Source: Neodothiora populina (Eukaryota). From it: DNA of 64,000 nucleotides. The notes under the pieces are model-generated. The model was not told where the DNA came from. It searched no databases and saw only the letters and a list, made by a program, of their open reading frames with translations. How positions within the stretch are numbered: the first letter of the stretch is position 1; every line of letters starts with the position of its first letter. Below are positions 1 to 13,042 of this stretch, in pieces. Location of the stretch: the NCBI RefSeq assembly GCF_041146345.1, contig NW_027191406.1, positions 62,001-126,000 of the forward strand. The letters are read 5' to 3'. Made by a program: the position numbers and the translations under genes.

Positions 1-1325
1 TTGTCTCCAGCATTGAGCTAGTCGAGTGGGAGATGGGGTAGTCGAGGCATGAGTCGAGCATGACCAGTGAAGGTTCAGTGATGGGTAGCGTTACGTGCTG
101 CACTAAGCTGTACGGTGTGTAAAGTCAGCGGCATCAGCTGGCATGTTGTACAGAATTGCTAGAGCTTCAATCAGAGCACAGCGACTGACTCAGCCTTGGT
201 CCTCTCATTTGATTGGAGTCATTTCTCGACAGCACCCAGACAATAGAGGTGCGGGGGCTCCATATTGAAGTTTTGACCTCCAGCTCATATCTGATATCAA
301 GCACTTGCCGAGGTCATCAAAGATATAGTCTATTAGACAACCGACGTGGAATCGATGACTGGTATTGGTCCTATGTGCAGCCGGTGTAAACCCCGTAAGC
401 GAAGTCGTTGTCGAGGTCTGTCTTAATGTGACTGTGACTGCGTTTAATTGTTGACAGATCACCGCCTGCTATTAATTTGACGGTGGTTAAGATGTCTCCT
501 TGCAGATCTCATATCAAACAGATGGTCATTGAAGACGTGGGGTGCTGGGATTGGATTTACCGGTAAATTGGTCTGTCATGATATCGTTGCCGACAGCCCC
601 AATTGCAGGCGCCAGCGGTTCTCGACGGGGGGGGGATGACCGAAATATTCACTCGATCGAACACGACCATGTCGATGTGATCGGGATCATTGCAGTGAGA
701 TCAACCGGAGTAGACAAGCAGTAGGTAATCACCAATCTCTTTCGAAAGTAGTACAGCTTAGACTCCTTACCGAGGATACATGCGGCCGCATCACAGTGAA
801 CAAAGGAAGGGATACAAAGCGGAGAACTCGAGGACATGATGCCTAAGGTAAGCATCGCGAGTCATGAACTTGCATGAATGCCATCAATATCTAGGCATAT
901 ATACCTTTAAAAGGAGAAGGGTTTGTACTATCATTATCTACCTACAGAATGTAGCCACAATTCGAGGGAGCCAACCAGAGCGCCGGACTGTTTTCGAGGC
1001 AACTCATGTGCTGCTGCTGCTGATTGTTTTCGAAATTACCGCATGCATGCTTCAAGGCTGCTTCTGATACGGACATGTCCATGTAGACTATCGCCCAAGA
1101 CAAGTGAACAAAAGGCACTGCTGACCATAAAAATTGGGAGAGATTATCTCTGTGTCTCGATGATTGCAATCGTGATTTGTACTTATGAAAGTTACTTCCT
1201 GCTTGTTTTCCCAACCAGAAGGAAAAGACCTTGTTTCCCCAACCTCGCAGCAGAGTAAGAAAAGTTCATCACCACACATCCTTCAGCTCCTCTCACGAGC
1301 ATGCTCTGATGCCACTCCCATCCTC

Positions 1326-1646
1326 TTACTTCCCACTAACATCTCCCTTTCCCTCCGCAGCACCAGCACCCTTATTCGATCCAGCACCGGTGGTATCTCC
1401 GACAAAGCCACCGACACCCTTGGTCGTGTTCTCCAGCCCACTACTCGCGTCGCCCAACGTCTTTCCCACGCCTCTACCCACGGAGCCGACGGCGCCTCCA
1501 GCAGTAGACAGAGTGTTGTTCAGCACGCCGCCTGTCGTTGAGGCGAGACCTGAGGCTGTCGAGGTGACGCCTGAGGTTATGCTGCCGAAGAGGGATTTTT
1601 GCTGGGCGGGCTTTTGGTCTGATGGGGTTTCTGAGGAGGAGGACAT
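1326..1646 (-). CDS. Small Gly/Thr/Ser-rich hydrophilic protein (LEA/hydrophilin-like), 106 aa
   Basis: ATG in good context (ACCATG), repeated G-x-x-G-x-T segments, and a TATA-like TTTTATAT upstream on the minus strand (~1778-1785). Confidence 0.6.
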   Translation of the reverse strand: MSSSSETPSDQKPAQQKSLFGSITSGVTSTASGLASTTGGVLNNTLSTAGGAVGSVGRGVGKTLGDASSGLENTTKGVGGFVGDTTGAGSNKGAGAAEGKGDVSGK

Positions 1647-2518
1647 GGTTGGGTGGGTTTTTTTGAGGTGAGATTGAGTTGGAGGAGTATGTGTGTTGGT
1701 TGTTTGATTTGTTTTTTGTTTTGGTCTGAGTGTATATGATGGATATTTGATAAGTGGATGAATGAATTGATAGATGGACAGAGTCGATGGACAGAAGAAG
1801 ACACCACGGGACGAAAGATATAAAAGTGGAGAAGAAGACGAAGAGGGTGATTGAACAATGACGACGAGGAAGAGTCGTTGCCTTGAGATACCTTGCTTGT
1901 ACCATGTCTAATGCTTCTTTGACCTTCTTGATCCTTACCTCTTGACTCTTCCTTGTCGTCTGACCTCTATCTCTATCATGACCTTGCAGCTTCTACCTTT
2001 CCATCTTACCCCGGCACATGATCCCTTGCTACTGATTGGACACGCTGTGGCATACACACGCACAAGCAGCGAGGTATCGTACAGGGATGGCGATACTGTA
2101 TGCCTACAACATAGGTGGATGCTTGTGACTTCAAGGTAGGGGGAAGTGGAGCTTGATGTCATTGATCATCCTGCCGTCTTCAAAGCGACACGAGATGGAC
2201 CGAAAAGGCGGGGGAGGAGGGAAGAGCGGGTTTCGGTCTGTTACAGGCGCCAGATCACGGCATGTTTTGCCGAGCGAAGCAACCCCGACCTAGAGGGGGC
2301 ACTTCCGGCTGCGATTTCCCTCTTTTGTTCTTGTTCTTGCTCATGGCAAAGTGGGTTCAATTGTTTGGTAACGCATCTCAAAGTAGTCATCAATTCTACA
2401 GCCACACCTTTTACGATTTGGGTATGCTTTCGCCGGGACGAGTAGGTGTAATGATTAGGAAGATTGTTTCATTTATGGTTTTCATCTGATCTCGTGGACT
2501 TGAACACCTTCAAAGAAT

Positions 2519-3540
2519 CTAATCGAAAATGGGCAGGAACACTCCGTAACCAGGAGGGTTGTTGAATCGGAGGCCTCTGTCGAGTCCTGAGATGGCCTTG
2601 ATTTCGTCCTCAGCAAGGTCAAATGAGCAGACATCCAAGTTCTGAGCCAGTCTGCCCTGGTTGTTCGACTTGGGGATGACGGCGACTCCGCGCTGGGTGG
2701 CCCATCTCAGCAGCACCTGTGCGGGAGTCTTGCTGTGCTTGTCGGCAATCGCCTTGACCGTGTCGTGATCGAAGAGTAACGGGCAGTCCTTGGCGGATTG
2801 CATGCCGAGCTCGAGGAATGACTGAGGACCAAAGGACGAGTATGCGGTGACGTGGATGTTGTTCTTCTTGCAGAGCTGGAGCAGGATATCCTGAGTCAAG
2901 TACGGGTGGTGCTCGATCTGCAGGGTGGCGGGCATGATACGAGCATAACGGAAAAGATCGAGCAACAAGGCGCCGTTGTAGTTGGAGACGCCAATGCTCT
3001 TGGCCAGACCCTCGTCGACAAGCTCTTCCATTGCCGCCCAGGTCTCGTGGAGAGGAGCCTTGACGGGAGTCGTCTCGCCGTTCTCATCGGCCCAGCCGGG
3101 AGGGTAGCGCACGCTGGGGTCGACGTACTTGATGGCGATGGGGAAGTGGACGATGAACAGATCAAAGTAGTCGATGCCGTAGTCCTGGAGCTGCTTCTTT
3201 GCGATGGGCTTGACGCGCTCCTTCTCGTGGAACGAGTTCCAGAGCTTGGAGACGATGAAGAGCTCCTCGCGCTTGACGAGTCCGTCCTTGATTGCCTTGG
3301 CGAATCCCTGACCGGCCTCCTTCTCGTTGCCGTAGTCGCATGCGCCGTCGAACAATCGATAGCCGGTCTTGATGGCGTTGTAGACGGTGTCGGCACAAGT
3401 GTCGTTGTTGACCTTCCAGAGGCCAAAGCCGACGAGAGGCATCTGAGGGTCGCGAATCAGAACATGAATGACCCGACCGATCAATTGGGCTACAAACTTA
3501 CCTCGTGGCCGGAGCTGAGCTTGACGGTAGGAGCGACCAT
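2519..3540 (-). CDS. XYL1: NAD(P)H-dependent D-xylose/aldose reductase (aldo-keto reductase family 2); 2 exons, intron 3443-3501
   Basis: The spliced N-terminus reads [23 protein letters not shown]. Motifs [36 protein letters not shown] and IPKS are present; the intron is GTAAGT...CAG. Confidence 0.93.
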
Positions 3541-3822
3541 GTTGGCGGTAGCAAAGTTTCGTGAGAAGAGAGCTGATCGATTCGACTTGAGCGAGAGAGG
3601 GACAAAAGCCGGACGGGTAGAGAATGTAGAAACAGCAGAAGAAGATCTAGGACGAAGAGAAAGATAAGAGGGAGCAGGACTGAGAATAAAAGTCAGCGAT
3701 ATTTAATGTTTTGGCTCTGCATGTCACCCTACCACCTGAACGGTCTGAGCACCTTCATTGCGTTCGGTGTCTTTGCCGGATCTGCTACTTATGGATACAA
3801 GACTTAGGGACGCTACTTTTGT

Positions 3823-4326
3823 GCGGGGCAGCTAAGTTGGTCAAGACGACCGAGTACTGTAAGGTAGTGTTGGATGAATCGGGCAAACATAGGCCACCAA
3901 CAGGCTAGGTTATGTAATAACGGAGGGTCACAGAGGGCGACGGAAAAGGATAATGTGTGTGAATAATGGCTAAGACAAGCAGGCCATGTAGGGATGTTTA
4001 CTACGATTCAATCCACCCACGATGCCTTCCTGATATCTGCAGCAAAACATACCTACCTATATCACCCCCCACGCAAATTCATACATTCAATCTGCAGATC
4101 AGCCCCAGTCCCAGTCGTCTCCAATCGTCGCTACTTGATGACAACTCGGGATATCTCATAGCAACAACAATGACCAAACCTTGGGAAAAAGACTTTGCCC
4201 AAGGACGTGGACCTTTACTGCAACCCAGGGCACCTCATGCGGGCATGCAACAAAGAAAGTGACTTGTACCCCGCAGTCGCAGACTGGCTCGTGCTTTGTA
4301 CTGTAACCTGTGTTTTGGCGGCTAAA
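3823..4326. promoter_or_regulatory. Putative XlnR (GGCTAR) and CreA (SYGGRG) sites upstream of xylose reductase
   Basis: GCGGGG 3823-3828, GGCTAG 3903-3908, GGCTAA 3968-3973 and GGCTAAA 4320-4326. This fits known regulation of fungal xylose reductases, but the motifs are short. Confidence 0.4.
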
Positions 4327-4982
4327 GTCTGTGTCGAGGCTGCTGCGAGGACACATTTACTGTGTGCCACCTTGCTGTACCTTGCCTTTTTATATCAGTA
4401 CGGATCCGAGATCATGTTGTTCGCATACTCTAGGATATGTGTGTCTCGCGAACCTGTAGGGTTTCTAGCAATTGATCAAGGTCCGCTTTGTCGTCAGGTT
4501 GTAACCTCAAGTCATACCACCTAGCCTGAACTCCAGCCGGGGTTGTGATGCCGATCAAGATTGCCGACCGGCCGGGGTTCTGGCCGTGTGTCTGTTGGAC
4601 CTTCCTTCTGTAAAGATACGGTAGTTGTGCTTGTCGATCATACAGTCTCCACTGTGAGACATTCCTGCTCGGTACTGTTGTCTGCTCTAGGCGGTGTTGG
4701 AAGGTGTAATGGATTGCTATGAATTGTTCATCATCTTCCCATTTTATGTGAGGTATCGGTGTATAAAGAAGAAGAAAAAAAGGACGCCGATAGTGCATGC
4801 CCCCCTCGCCTGTCCAATCACCTGCTTTTCCCTCGAAACAAATACAAGGCACATGTCACGCATTACAAGACGAATCTTTCGGCCTCGGAGCTCTGGTGTA
4901 CTAGCAATAGCCAGCGTTTTTTTCCATACTCCGAGAACCGTCCCATCAACCAGAGCATCGACATGCTCGAATCACATGACAT

Positions 4983-5627
4983 CTATGACGAGTACTTCTT
5001 GGTGACCTTGGCGAGGACTATCACGGCGAGGTTAGCCAGGCTCTGAGTTCTGTGCAGGATTGATGAATAAGAAAAAGAAAGAGAGGTACGGAAAGTGCTG
5101 TACTCACTGTGCAGAGCGACGACCGAGATGATGAAGCCGACGGAGAGGACGAGGACAACAAAGGGGTCGACCTTGAGACCGGGAGACTCGTCGGTGTAGA
5201 GTCCTGTTGGAGAGGGCGAATGTCAGCTTCTAGTACCTGTGTATATCTCATGTTTTTCTCCATAACCATCCATCATGCACCCATCTATCGACTCTTTGAC
5301 ACTCTTAAAAAGACAAACGTACTCAACATGGTGCTCGAGCTACCACCAGCACCAGCGGCTCTCGTTGAGCTGGGACGGGCATTGGCGACTTTATCCGCAC
5401 GGTCGGCGGCGGCCTTTCTCCTAATGGCGGTGGCTGGGCCACCTGGAGGCTTCGGCGATGAAGGACGAGCGCCTGTCGAGGAGCCAGAGGCGGCGGCGCC
5501 AGCGTTGACGGGGGATGCGGGACGAGGAGCAGACTAAGGAGTTGTCAGTTCTTTGTTCTCTCTCTCTTTCTGTGGATGCCCTCTGCGTGTATCTGTCCTG
5601 ATGCGGCCGAGTGTGTGCATGCACCAT
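4983..5627 (-). CDS. SBH1: Protein translocon subunit Sec61-beta; exons 5627-5625, 5533-5323, 5203-5108, 5017-4983 (missed by the ORF track)
   Basis: The spliced product is M|SAPRPASP...AIRRKAAADRA...RAAGAGGSSSTML|RLYTDESPGLKVDPFVVLVLSVGFIISVVALH|ILAKVTKKYSS*, the Sec61-beta signature. Introns are GT-AG with CTRAC branch points. Confidence 0.92.
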
Positions 5628-7350
5628 TGCGAGATGCAGAGTGATGCGAGAGTGCCGAGAGGGAAGGAGAGCGATGCGAGGCTGGTCGACGACTGCGTGC
5701 TGCAACACCACTTCCTCCACTACTGCCAGCGCAGTCGGTCAACCCGATCCCGTCTCGCGCATCTCTGTGCCACCCTCTCTAATCTCTGCTCTTGCTCATC
5801 GTACAAACAGACCGCAGACAGTATTGCGCCGCTCCTGATGAATCCGCGAGGGAGCAGGGTTCGATGATGGGGTATCGCAGTTCAGGAGATGGTGCAAAGT
5901 CAATCGTTCGTACCATTCTGGGAGTGTGTACAAGAGAGGATCCAGTCAATTGGTGTTCTGCGTAATAAAAGAACAAAAAGCAGAAAGAAAAGGTTGTTGT
6001 TGTATTGGGGGGTATCACAAGCAAGAAGAATCAATGGTCAAGTTAATTCAATGGCATCTATCTCCCAAACTCAGGGAAGTCGTGTGTCTCGCTCCTTCCT
6101 TAGCACTTCGCAGTACAGGACATGTGGAACTTTACAGCTGGCTCGACCCTTCTTCCACCCAAACTAGACCAAAGGCTTGGCAACTTTGCCTATTTTGCCC
6201 ACCTTACAGGTACTTTCCACTCAACAACTGGACTGGACTGGACGGAATATTCCCTTGTTGCTTAAGGTAACTCATATGCTGTACCCTACTACTGCTAAAG
6301 GGACATATCGTCATCCATCGTGCGAGTCCCTGTATGCTGTACTTGTAACAAGTGCAACTGTTCCCTGTGCTGTGTGTTTTCCCAGTCTGTTCTCGACTGA
6401 CTCGTGCTCTCTCGACTGATTGTGGGGAATAGAAAGGGGGCTCGGAGGTAAAGGTAGCATAAGACCCCGTCTATTTCACCCTTCTGGTACCTTAGAATGT
6501 ATGGTGTGTTTCAAACATTATCCACACGTTCCACTATCCTAAGCGATGACAATGGCGACACGACAATAGCAACGGCTACAGCAGCCGTGACAAAAGCATA
6601 CACGCTTGTAGACACTGTACTTCAAAGGTAGGAAAGTTATTGTTACCAGCCCAAGAAAACATATTTGTTGATTTTGACTCCTACCCTTGCCCCCTCTTGC
6701 GTGACCGTCCAACAGAAACCTCAACAAATCACCCAGAATATATATAGCCCCGCCCCCAATAAATATTCGCAATTACCCATCCGTCTGCGACCATGGCAGA
6801 GACAAATATTATCATGCGTCAAGCCTATCCGCCCAACCGTATCGAGAGAGCAGAACTCCATGATCCCAATACATGTTCAAACCCCCTGCTACCAATGATC
6901 AAAGACAGACTCCCTCGTCCGAGAAGAAGGACTGGTGGGATTGCATAGCCATTGATCCCGCCGACCAGGGAGAGAGAAAAAAGACCTTGGACCCTTCTTC
7001 TCCTTTCCCTCTTCGTGACACTTTCCCCTAACACATGCTTGTGTTCAGAACACGACTCCCCGAGAAACAGAGTAAAGCAAACATGACTAAAGCGCGAATC
7101 CCCAGCCCAATGGCGTTCCAATTTCAAATGACGAATTCCCCTTGACATCAGCATGCCCTTCCTCCTTTTTATCACCTTGTACGCAATCTGTGGTATCTCC
7201 CGTAGAATCCGATAGACACCTTGAATAGTTTTCTTTTCGCGAGGGGGAGACCAATGCAGTCGAAAACCCTTGGACAAAACAATGAGAAACTCCGTAATGC
7301 ATCAGAGAAAAAAAAGAAACAGCGAAAGAAAATAGGCGTCATGGGATCGT

Positions 7351-9004
7351 CTAGCCCCAGACCGATGCTTGGACGCCGAGAGAGTTCTTGGACGCGCCCC
7401 AGCCGCTACCGTTGGACGCCCACGAAGCTCCGAGTCCGCTGATGGGCTTATCGGCGTTGGTGATGTTGGATGCTGCCGATGCAGAGCGCTCCGTCTTGCC
7501 GTTCTCGCCGCCTGCATTGAAGCCGTAGCTCAGTGGGGACGGCAGAGGTGTCGTGGCACGCTGCTTGTTCAAGCCCGAAACTGCAGCAGGCTGTGGAGGA
7601 CGGGTGCCGATGGGCACGGCACCAGCAGCGGTAGACATCTGCTTCACCCCTTGGGCAACTGGGGGAGAGCCACTACGCGAGGACACAGAAGTGCGGGCAG
7701 AACTTTGAGCATTGTCAATCAAGCCGAAGCTGGTGGGGTTGGAAGAAGGAGAAGTGCTGGTGGGAGACTTTTGCAAGTCACGAGGGGGCATCTGCACGAC
7801 AGACTCAGTGCCGGGTTGGGCGGTCTGCTGAGCGCTAAAGGCATCGAAAGGCGAGGCACCACGAGGACCGACGGGACCGCCGCTGCTGGTCGATCCGACC
7901 CTTACGTCCTGAGACTGGCGACGCTGGGCGGCAGGAGCATTGGCTGCGCTGTCAGGGCTATACAAGTTTGAATCGTTTCCGTACAAGGCACGATGCTGGC
8001 GAGCGATGAGCTCGCGACGTTCGTCTTCACTCATGCCTGTATTGGGGCTCATGGAACGGTCTGGCTTAGTGGCGCCGGAAATGTCTGTAGGAAACGCAGA
8101 TAACGTCAATGCCATTCTATGGGGGGAATAAAACGAAAAGCTATTGCTGTTCTGCGATGCTCTTACTCCGGTTGTACTGTTGCTCCTGGTGATAGTTTCG
8201 GAGTTCCCTCTCTCTTTGCGCAGCCATCCGTCGCTTGGCCTGCATCATCTGTTCTGCCTCGTTCGCGCGCGGTGGCGGCGGCGCCTGCTGCTGGAATCGC
8301 TGGTTGGCGTAGTATCCCTGGAGGCCGGCCGCCGAGTTTGTGCGCATTCCATCGTACTCGCTCACCGAGTGGTGTCGAGCAGGACCGGTCGTGCGGGGGT
8401 CTGTAGAAGAGGAAAAGAAAAATGAGAATTCGCGTTCCTTGCTGTCAAAACATTCCATCTCCAACACTCACCATACTCGGCGCCATAAGGACGGCCCATC
8501 ATGTGCGGCATCGACTCTCTACGGCCAGGGCCGGGCAGGCCATGACTACCCATGAATTTCCCGCTCTTCACGAGATTGTCGCTCGCACGGTCAATCTCTG
8601 CGTAGGCCATGTCAGTCTTCCGTTCCCTAGCTGGCGCTTGTGGGCGGGACATGAACATCGACTGCAGCGCAGCAATAGCTGCAGAGCAAATTTCGTTATT
8701 CATTTTGCGTCGTAGGTGTGTTGACAGCCTCAGCGCAAATTGTGTATTTGTGGCAAGGTGGAATTAATGAACGCACCTTCGAATTGGGAACTGAAAGCCG
8801 CAGACTCATCTCTGGACGCGGATGCAGTGCCTGTTTCACAATATTTCTTAGAATCTCTGTCCTCTTTCTTTTTTCCTTTCAGATGGCCAGGCGTTTTGCC
8901 TATGGGGTTGACTAACTCGATCTCGAAGGAGGAGCCTGCTGCTCCCACGATGGTTGACGACCGGGTGCGGACCAGGATGCATTGTTCTCGTAGTAAGACG
9001 CCAT
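7351..9004 (-). CDS. Probably conserved fungal protein of unknown function, low complexity, 5 exons
   Basis: The exons join in frame: MASYYENNASW...PPSRS|S...FSSQFE|EIDRASDNLVKSGK...|DPR...AKRRMAAQRERELRNYHQEQQYNR|NISG...SEDERRELIARQHRALYG...GVQASVWG*. Introns are GT-AG. Confidence 0.75.
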
Positions 9005-10325
9005 GATGCTTTTGGGAATATCCAGACAATCGAGCCGAGTTTATGTACAGGTCCTGTTTTTTTTTCCCTCGTTGTGCCTTCAACTGAGACTTTGGATGAA
9101 ACCGTGCGCAATGAAGATTGCGACGGGGAGTGAATGAAGGATGCAATATGCGGACTGGGAACAAAGAGAGGGTCAGTCCGACGATTGACTCGGTTGAAGA
9201 TAAACACCCAATTGCTATGCTGCACAAAGACAAAGAATTACAACAATCAGATAAGTATGCACGTTGTGCGTGAGTAGACAAAATACATGCAGCTCTTCTC
9301 CTCCGATGCAAGTCCAACGGTTGAAAATCTTAAGCCTGGCCAGACGCTTTGCCGAGTGGGGGCGACGGACAGGAACAGACAGAGGAAGAAAGACGCAAAG
9401 GTGAAAGTGAAAGCGCTTAAGCACAAAAGGCCGACACTGATATTCTTGCTTTGATTTCACTCTGATATTTTCTTCTGAATCAATGACAAAACTCACCAGA
9501 AAGTGCAAATCGCAAAGGAATGACTGCTCTGCCGTAGAGCTTCGACTTCTCAGGCTATCTCAAAAGGAAGAAAAGGGAAGAAAGGAAAGGTCACAGCACA
9601 CAGTGGAGATGGACAAGTCGGTGGGAGATTAACTGCCAGCCAGAGATCAGAGATGGTGGACCGAGCGAGACTCAACTCTCCAGGGCCCTGCCGCTCGTTC
9701 GCTCGTCCGTTCGTTCGTTCGCTGGCCGCACCGACACTCCCCTCTAGTCCTTTTCCTCTTGCCGTGTCTCTAGGGTCAAAGTGTCAATCATCAGCATCTC
9801 ATTTCCTTAGACTGACTAGGTGGACAATAATGGCGGCCGCCAGTCATGTACCACAGTACAGACACTGATACCGTACCTTATTGCTCCTTACCAAGTCTGC
9901 TTTGTTTTATGTGTGCATTGTAAGAAAAAAGGTAGTCGCGCTGTTATTCTTCGCAGCTGTGTCGGATCACTTTCCTATGGCTGCAGCAAATCCATATCAC
10001 CATTATTATGACCATTATTACCATTGTTCTTTTGTTCCAACATTCAACATCGTCTCCCCGCAGTTTCTCTCACTTTCAAAGACTCGTGCATTTGTCCGTC
10101 TGTCCGCTGCCTGGCCGCGACCGACAATGGTTATCCTCATCCGGCATGCGGCTACCCGCACACTCTGGACCGATGCGCAGCAGCATACGGCAACCATTTC
10201 CAGGTAGGAGGCGCCCGCCTCGTGTATCTTCACCCCTCGTCTACATTGCCCGAAGTGCCCGTCCGTATATGGCAATTCGTCGCCCACGCGAGCCATCCAC
10301 ATTCGCTCAACAAGCTCGTACGCCG

Positions 10326-10344
10326 CACACACACACACACACAC
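10326..10344. repeat. (CA)9 microsatellite
   Basis: cacacacacacacacacac. Confidence 0.9.
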
Positions 10345-13042
10345 GCAATCCCACGATATTGCGAATGTGGCCACTTGGATCATTCTCACGCTCTTGCTGT
10401 GTGTCCGCCGACTTGATTCGGAAATAACATCACGTTATACGCGCAGCCTATCTCTGACCCCTTAGCAATCACTCATTTCCATTACTCCGCTCTCTCCACC
10501 CACCAGTACAACCTGACCCACGTTACAGACACCCATATCTTTTCCATGATCCCACCCTATCAGACATCGCCTAGCGCTTGGCATGTGACACTGAAGCGCA
10601 GAATTGCGCCTGTCATATGAGCCTTTTACTGCATGTACTTGATGTCTCTTCACTGCTCGGCGCCGCATGTTTCCTGCAAACCCCACTCGCCTCCCCGCAT
10701 TCGATGGTGCTCGCTACGAAGTGTAGCTACTTCTGTTTCATTAAAACGGCATCTCCCTCCGTGATATCAGAGGCTGAGAGGAGAAGCCTCTGAGATACAG
10801 CTCGCTCTGGCGCATCTGCTGATCGTCATGACTATGCGAGAGTCATCCGCAGGACGCCGCGTTGCATGCCCTTCGTCTGCTGCGGCTCTCGCATGTGCGA
10901 ATATCTGACTGTCCTTGCATGTTGACGCCTCTGCCTTACCTCGAGCCGGGCGAGTGCGTAGCCATACACACGCGTTGCATTATGGTACGGAGAAAACGGT
11001 GCCAGATACGAGCCGCTGCGTATCTTCGTTCTTAGACGACTTCTGAGCTGTACTAATTTTAGCTTCTTTCTCTACCTCCGAGTGATCTTGGTGTGTCTAT
11101 GAGTCCGCTCACCATCAGTATCGTCTCCTCAGTTCGCATTTAACTCACCAGGATATCCACGAGATAGTCCTGCCCGGCTCTTATGAGAATCACTTGCTAA
11201 AAGTTCTGTTGCTTTGACGATTCGGGGTCTTACTCCCGAGGCTTTCGATTCACTCCGTAAAAGGCCTATGTAAGAAAGATGCCACTCGATGTGCATAACG
11301 AAGTCCATTTATTGTTATTCACAGTCTTTGTACAGATGGTTCACAAGGCTTTATTCGCTGATTCTGAATAAGAGTCGTGAGGAAGTGAGCCGCTTCAATC
11401 TTGTGCCCTGCCAAAATCTCCTTGCTGAAATAGCCATATTGATAGCTCCATGTAAGACATTGAGTCTGGTGTAGCGCGCTACAGTTGTGGCGCTCATCCT
11501 ACATGCACCAATAGTACTGCCGAGGTGGTCGCTATCAGCAACATCGCAGAGACATGAACAATACTAACTAAAGAAGCTCTCGGTGACAATGACAACTGAT
11601 CAACGGTAAGGCTCATCATGACGGTGGAAAATCTGAATAAACGTGGAATGAGGCTAGGGATTATGCAAGATCAAATGACCATCCACTACGCTTAAGCTCA
11701 ATCATCATTGTTGCAGATGACCAGATGACTACAAACAAGCCTGCATTCTGGTTCGATTCACACGACCATCAGTGCCAGCAGATGTTGAGTCTGCGGAACT
11801 CAACTCGAATTTGGCACATATGGCCAGAACATCACTCATCGAGGATGTCCCTAGGCATCAGCGATGCACCTAGCAATGTACTTCACATTATAATCTAACA
11901 TGTTCGCGGATATGCAAGTCGGCAGCAGTTAATTGGACACAGGGTCTTGGCGAATGTTTCAGCCTAGAACTGCTTCACACTTGAAACAAGTGCAATCATG
12001 ACATGTCGTTCAACCAACTTATTACGGATACTTTCTGCCTGGATCCTGATGAACCCAGCGTGGTGTTTCTTGGGTCTTTTGGAATTGAACTTACAGGTTC
12101 GCATAGCGACGGCTATATTATGGTTACGCTTTCACACGACACTCTGTGTCACATATAACAGCATTTGTACGCTTCAGTCTTATCACACAGTGTCTGTCTA
12201 AGATAAGCTTTCCATCTGCGACGTGTGAACAAAAAATGTCTCGCCTTATCGACAGACAGATTCAAACCAGAGGTCTTTCCATAAAAACACTCTGAAGATT
12301 GATCATACCACCCCGTTGAACATGCGTACATAGTGTTGTCCTGGAGATGGATTCGCACATGCTGCTACTGTGTGCCAATACTCCAGTCACACGACATCCG
12401 AGACACACAAGAAACCATATCTGATGCAGGGGCTTCGTCAGTTGTTGATCTTCCCTGTTATTTTGTCATGCACTCAGAGCGAATAATTCTTGGTCATTTG
12501 CGGAAACTAACATGGCTATTCTTGCTTTCAAGATTTGTTTCTCTCTTATGATCAATGGTTGGTATACTACTACCGTTATAGCATATATCAAGGTAAGTAG
12601 GGATCGGTAATTCTTCTGGTTGTCTCTTGCTCTTTCCTTTCGGCCCTGTGTTGACTTCCTCGAGCACGGTTTCACGGTCTCCAAGCATTCACTCTTGGTT
12701 CCCTATGGAGGTGCAGAGATCGCGCCGTGACCCACTTTGATACAAATATAGGATCCAGAAGACTCTACGCTGTATGACAATGTTGGCGCGCGCATGCTCG
12801 CAGGTCTTCTATTCGCCAGCTTTCACATAGGGCGCGTGTATAGCAGGCGCATCTTTGTTGAGAGTAGAATTGCCTGAATAGGACACCATCATTCCTCGGA
12901 TCCTCCTGTCGCCTGCGTTTCTCGAAGGTCAGATTTGTCGACTATCTATCCTGAAGCATCCCTTGTAATACAGAAGCAAAGTAGAAGGTGGAGCTACAGC
13001 AGATAACCAGATTCCTGAAAAAGCTAGTTGCTATACGACGAT

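Noticed and set aside
2852..3667. 271-aa plus-strand ORF (similar cases: 5109-5537, 7369-7971, 23062-23475, 24070-24585)
   Set aside because: Antisense shadows of codon-biased real genes
11750..11762. Lone B-box match GGTTCGATTC (another at ~18671-18680, minus strand)
   Set aside because: No A box or cloverleaf; could be chance or an isolated TFIIIC site
9600..13000. Long gene-free tracts (also 51.2-53.5 kb and 56.1-58.7 kb) as transposon relics or pseudogenes
   Set aside because: No transposase or RT motifs, terminal repeats or AT-rich RIP signature recognisable by eye
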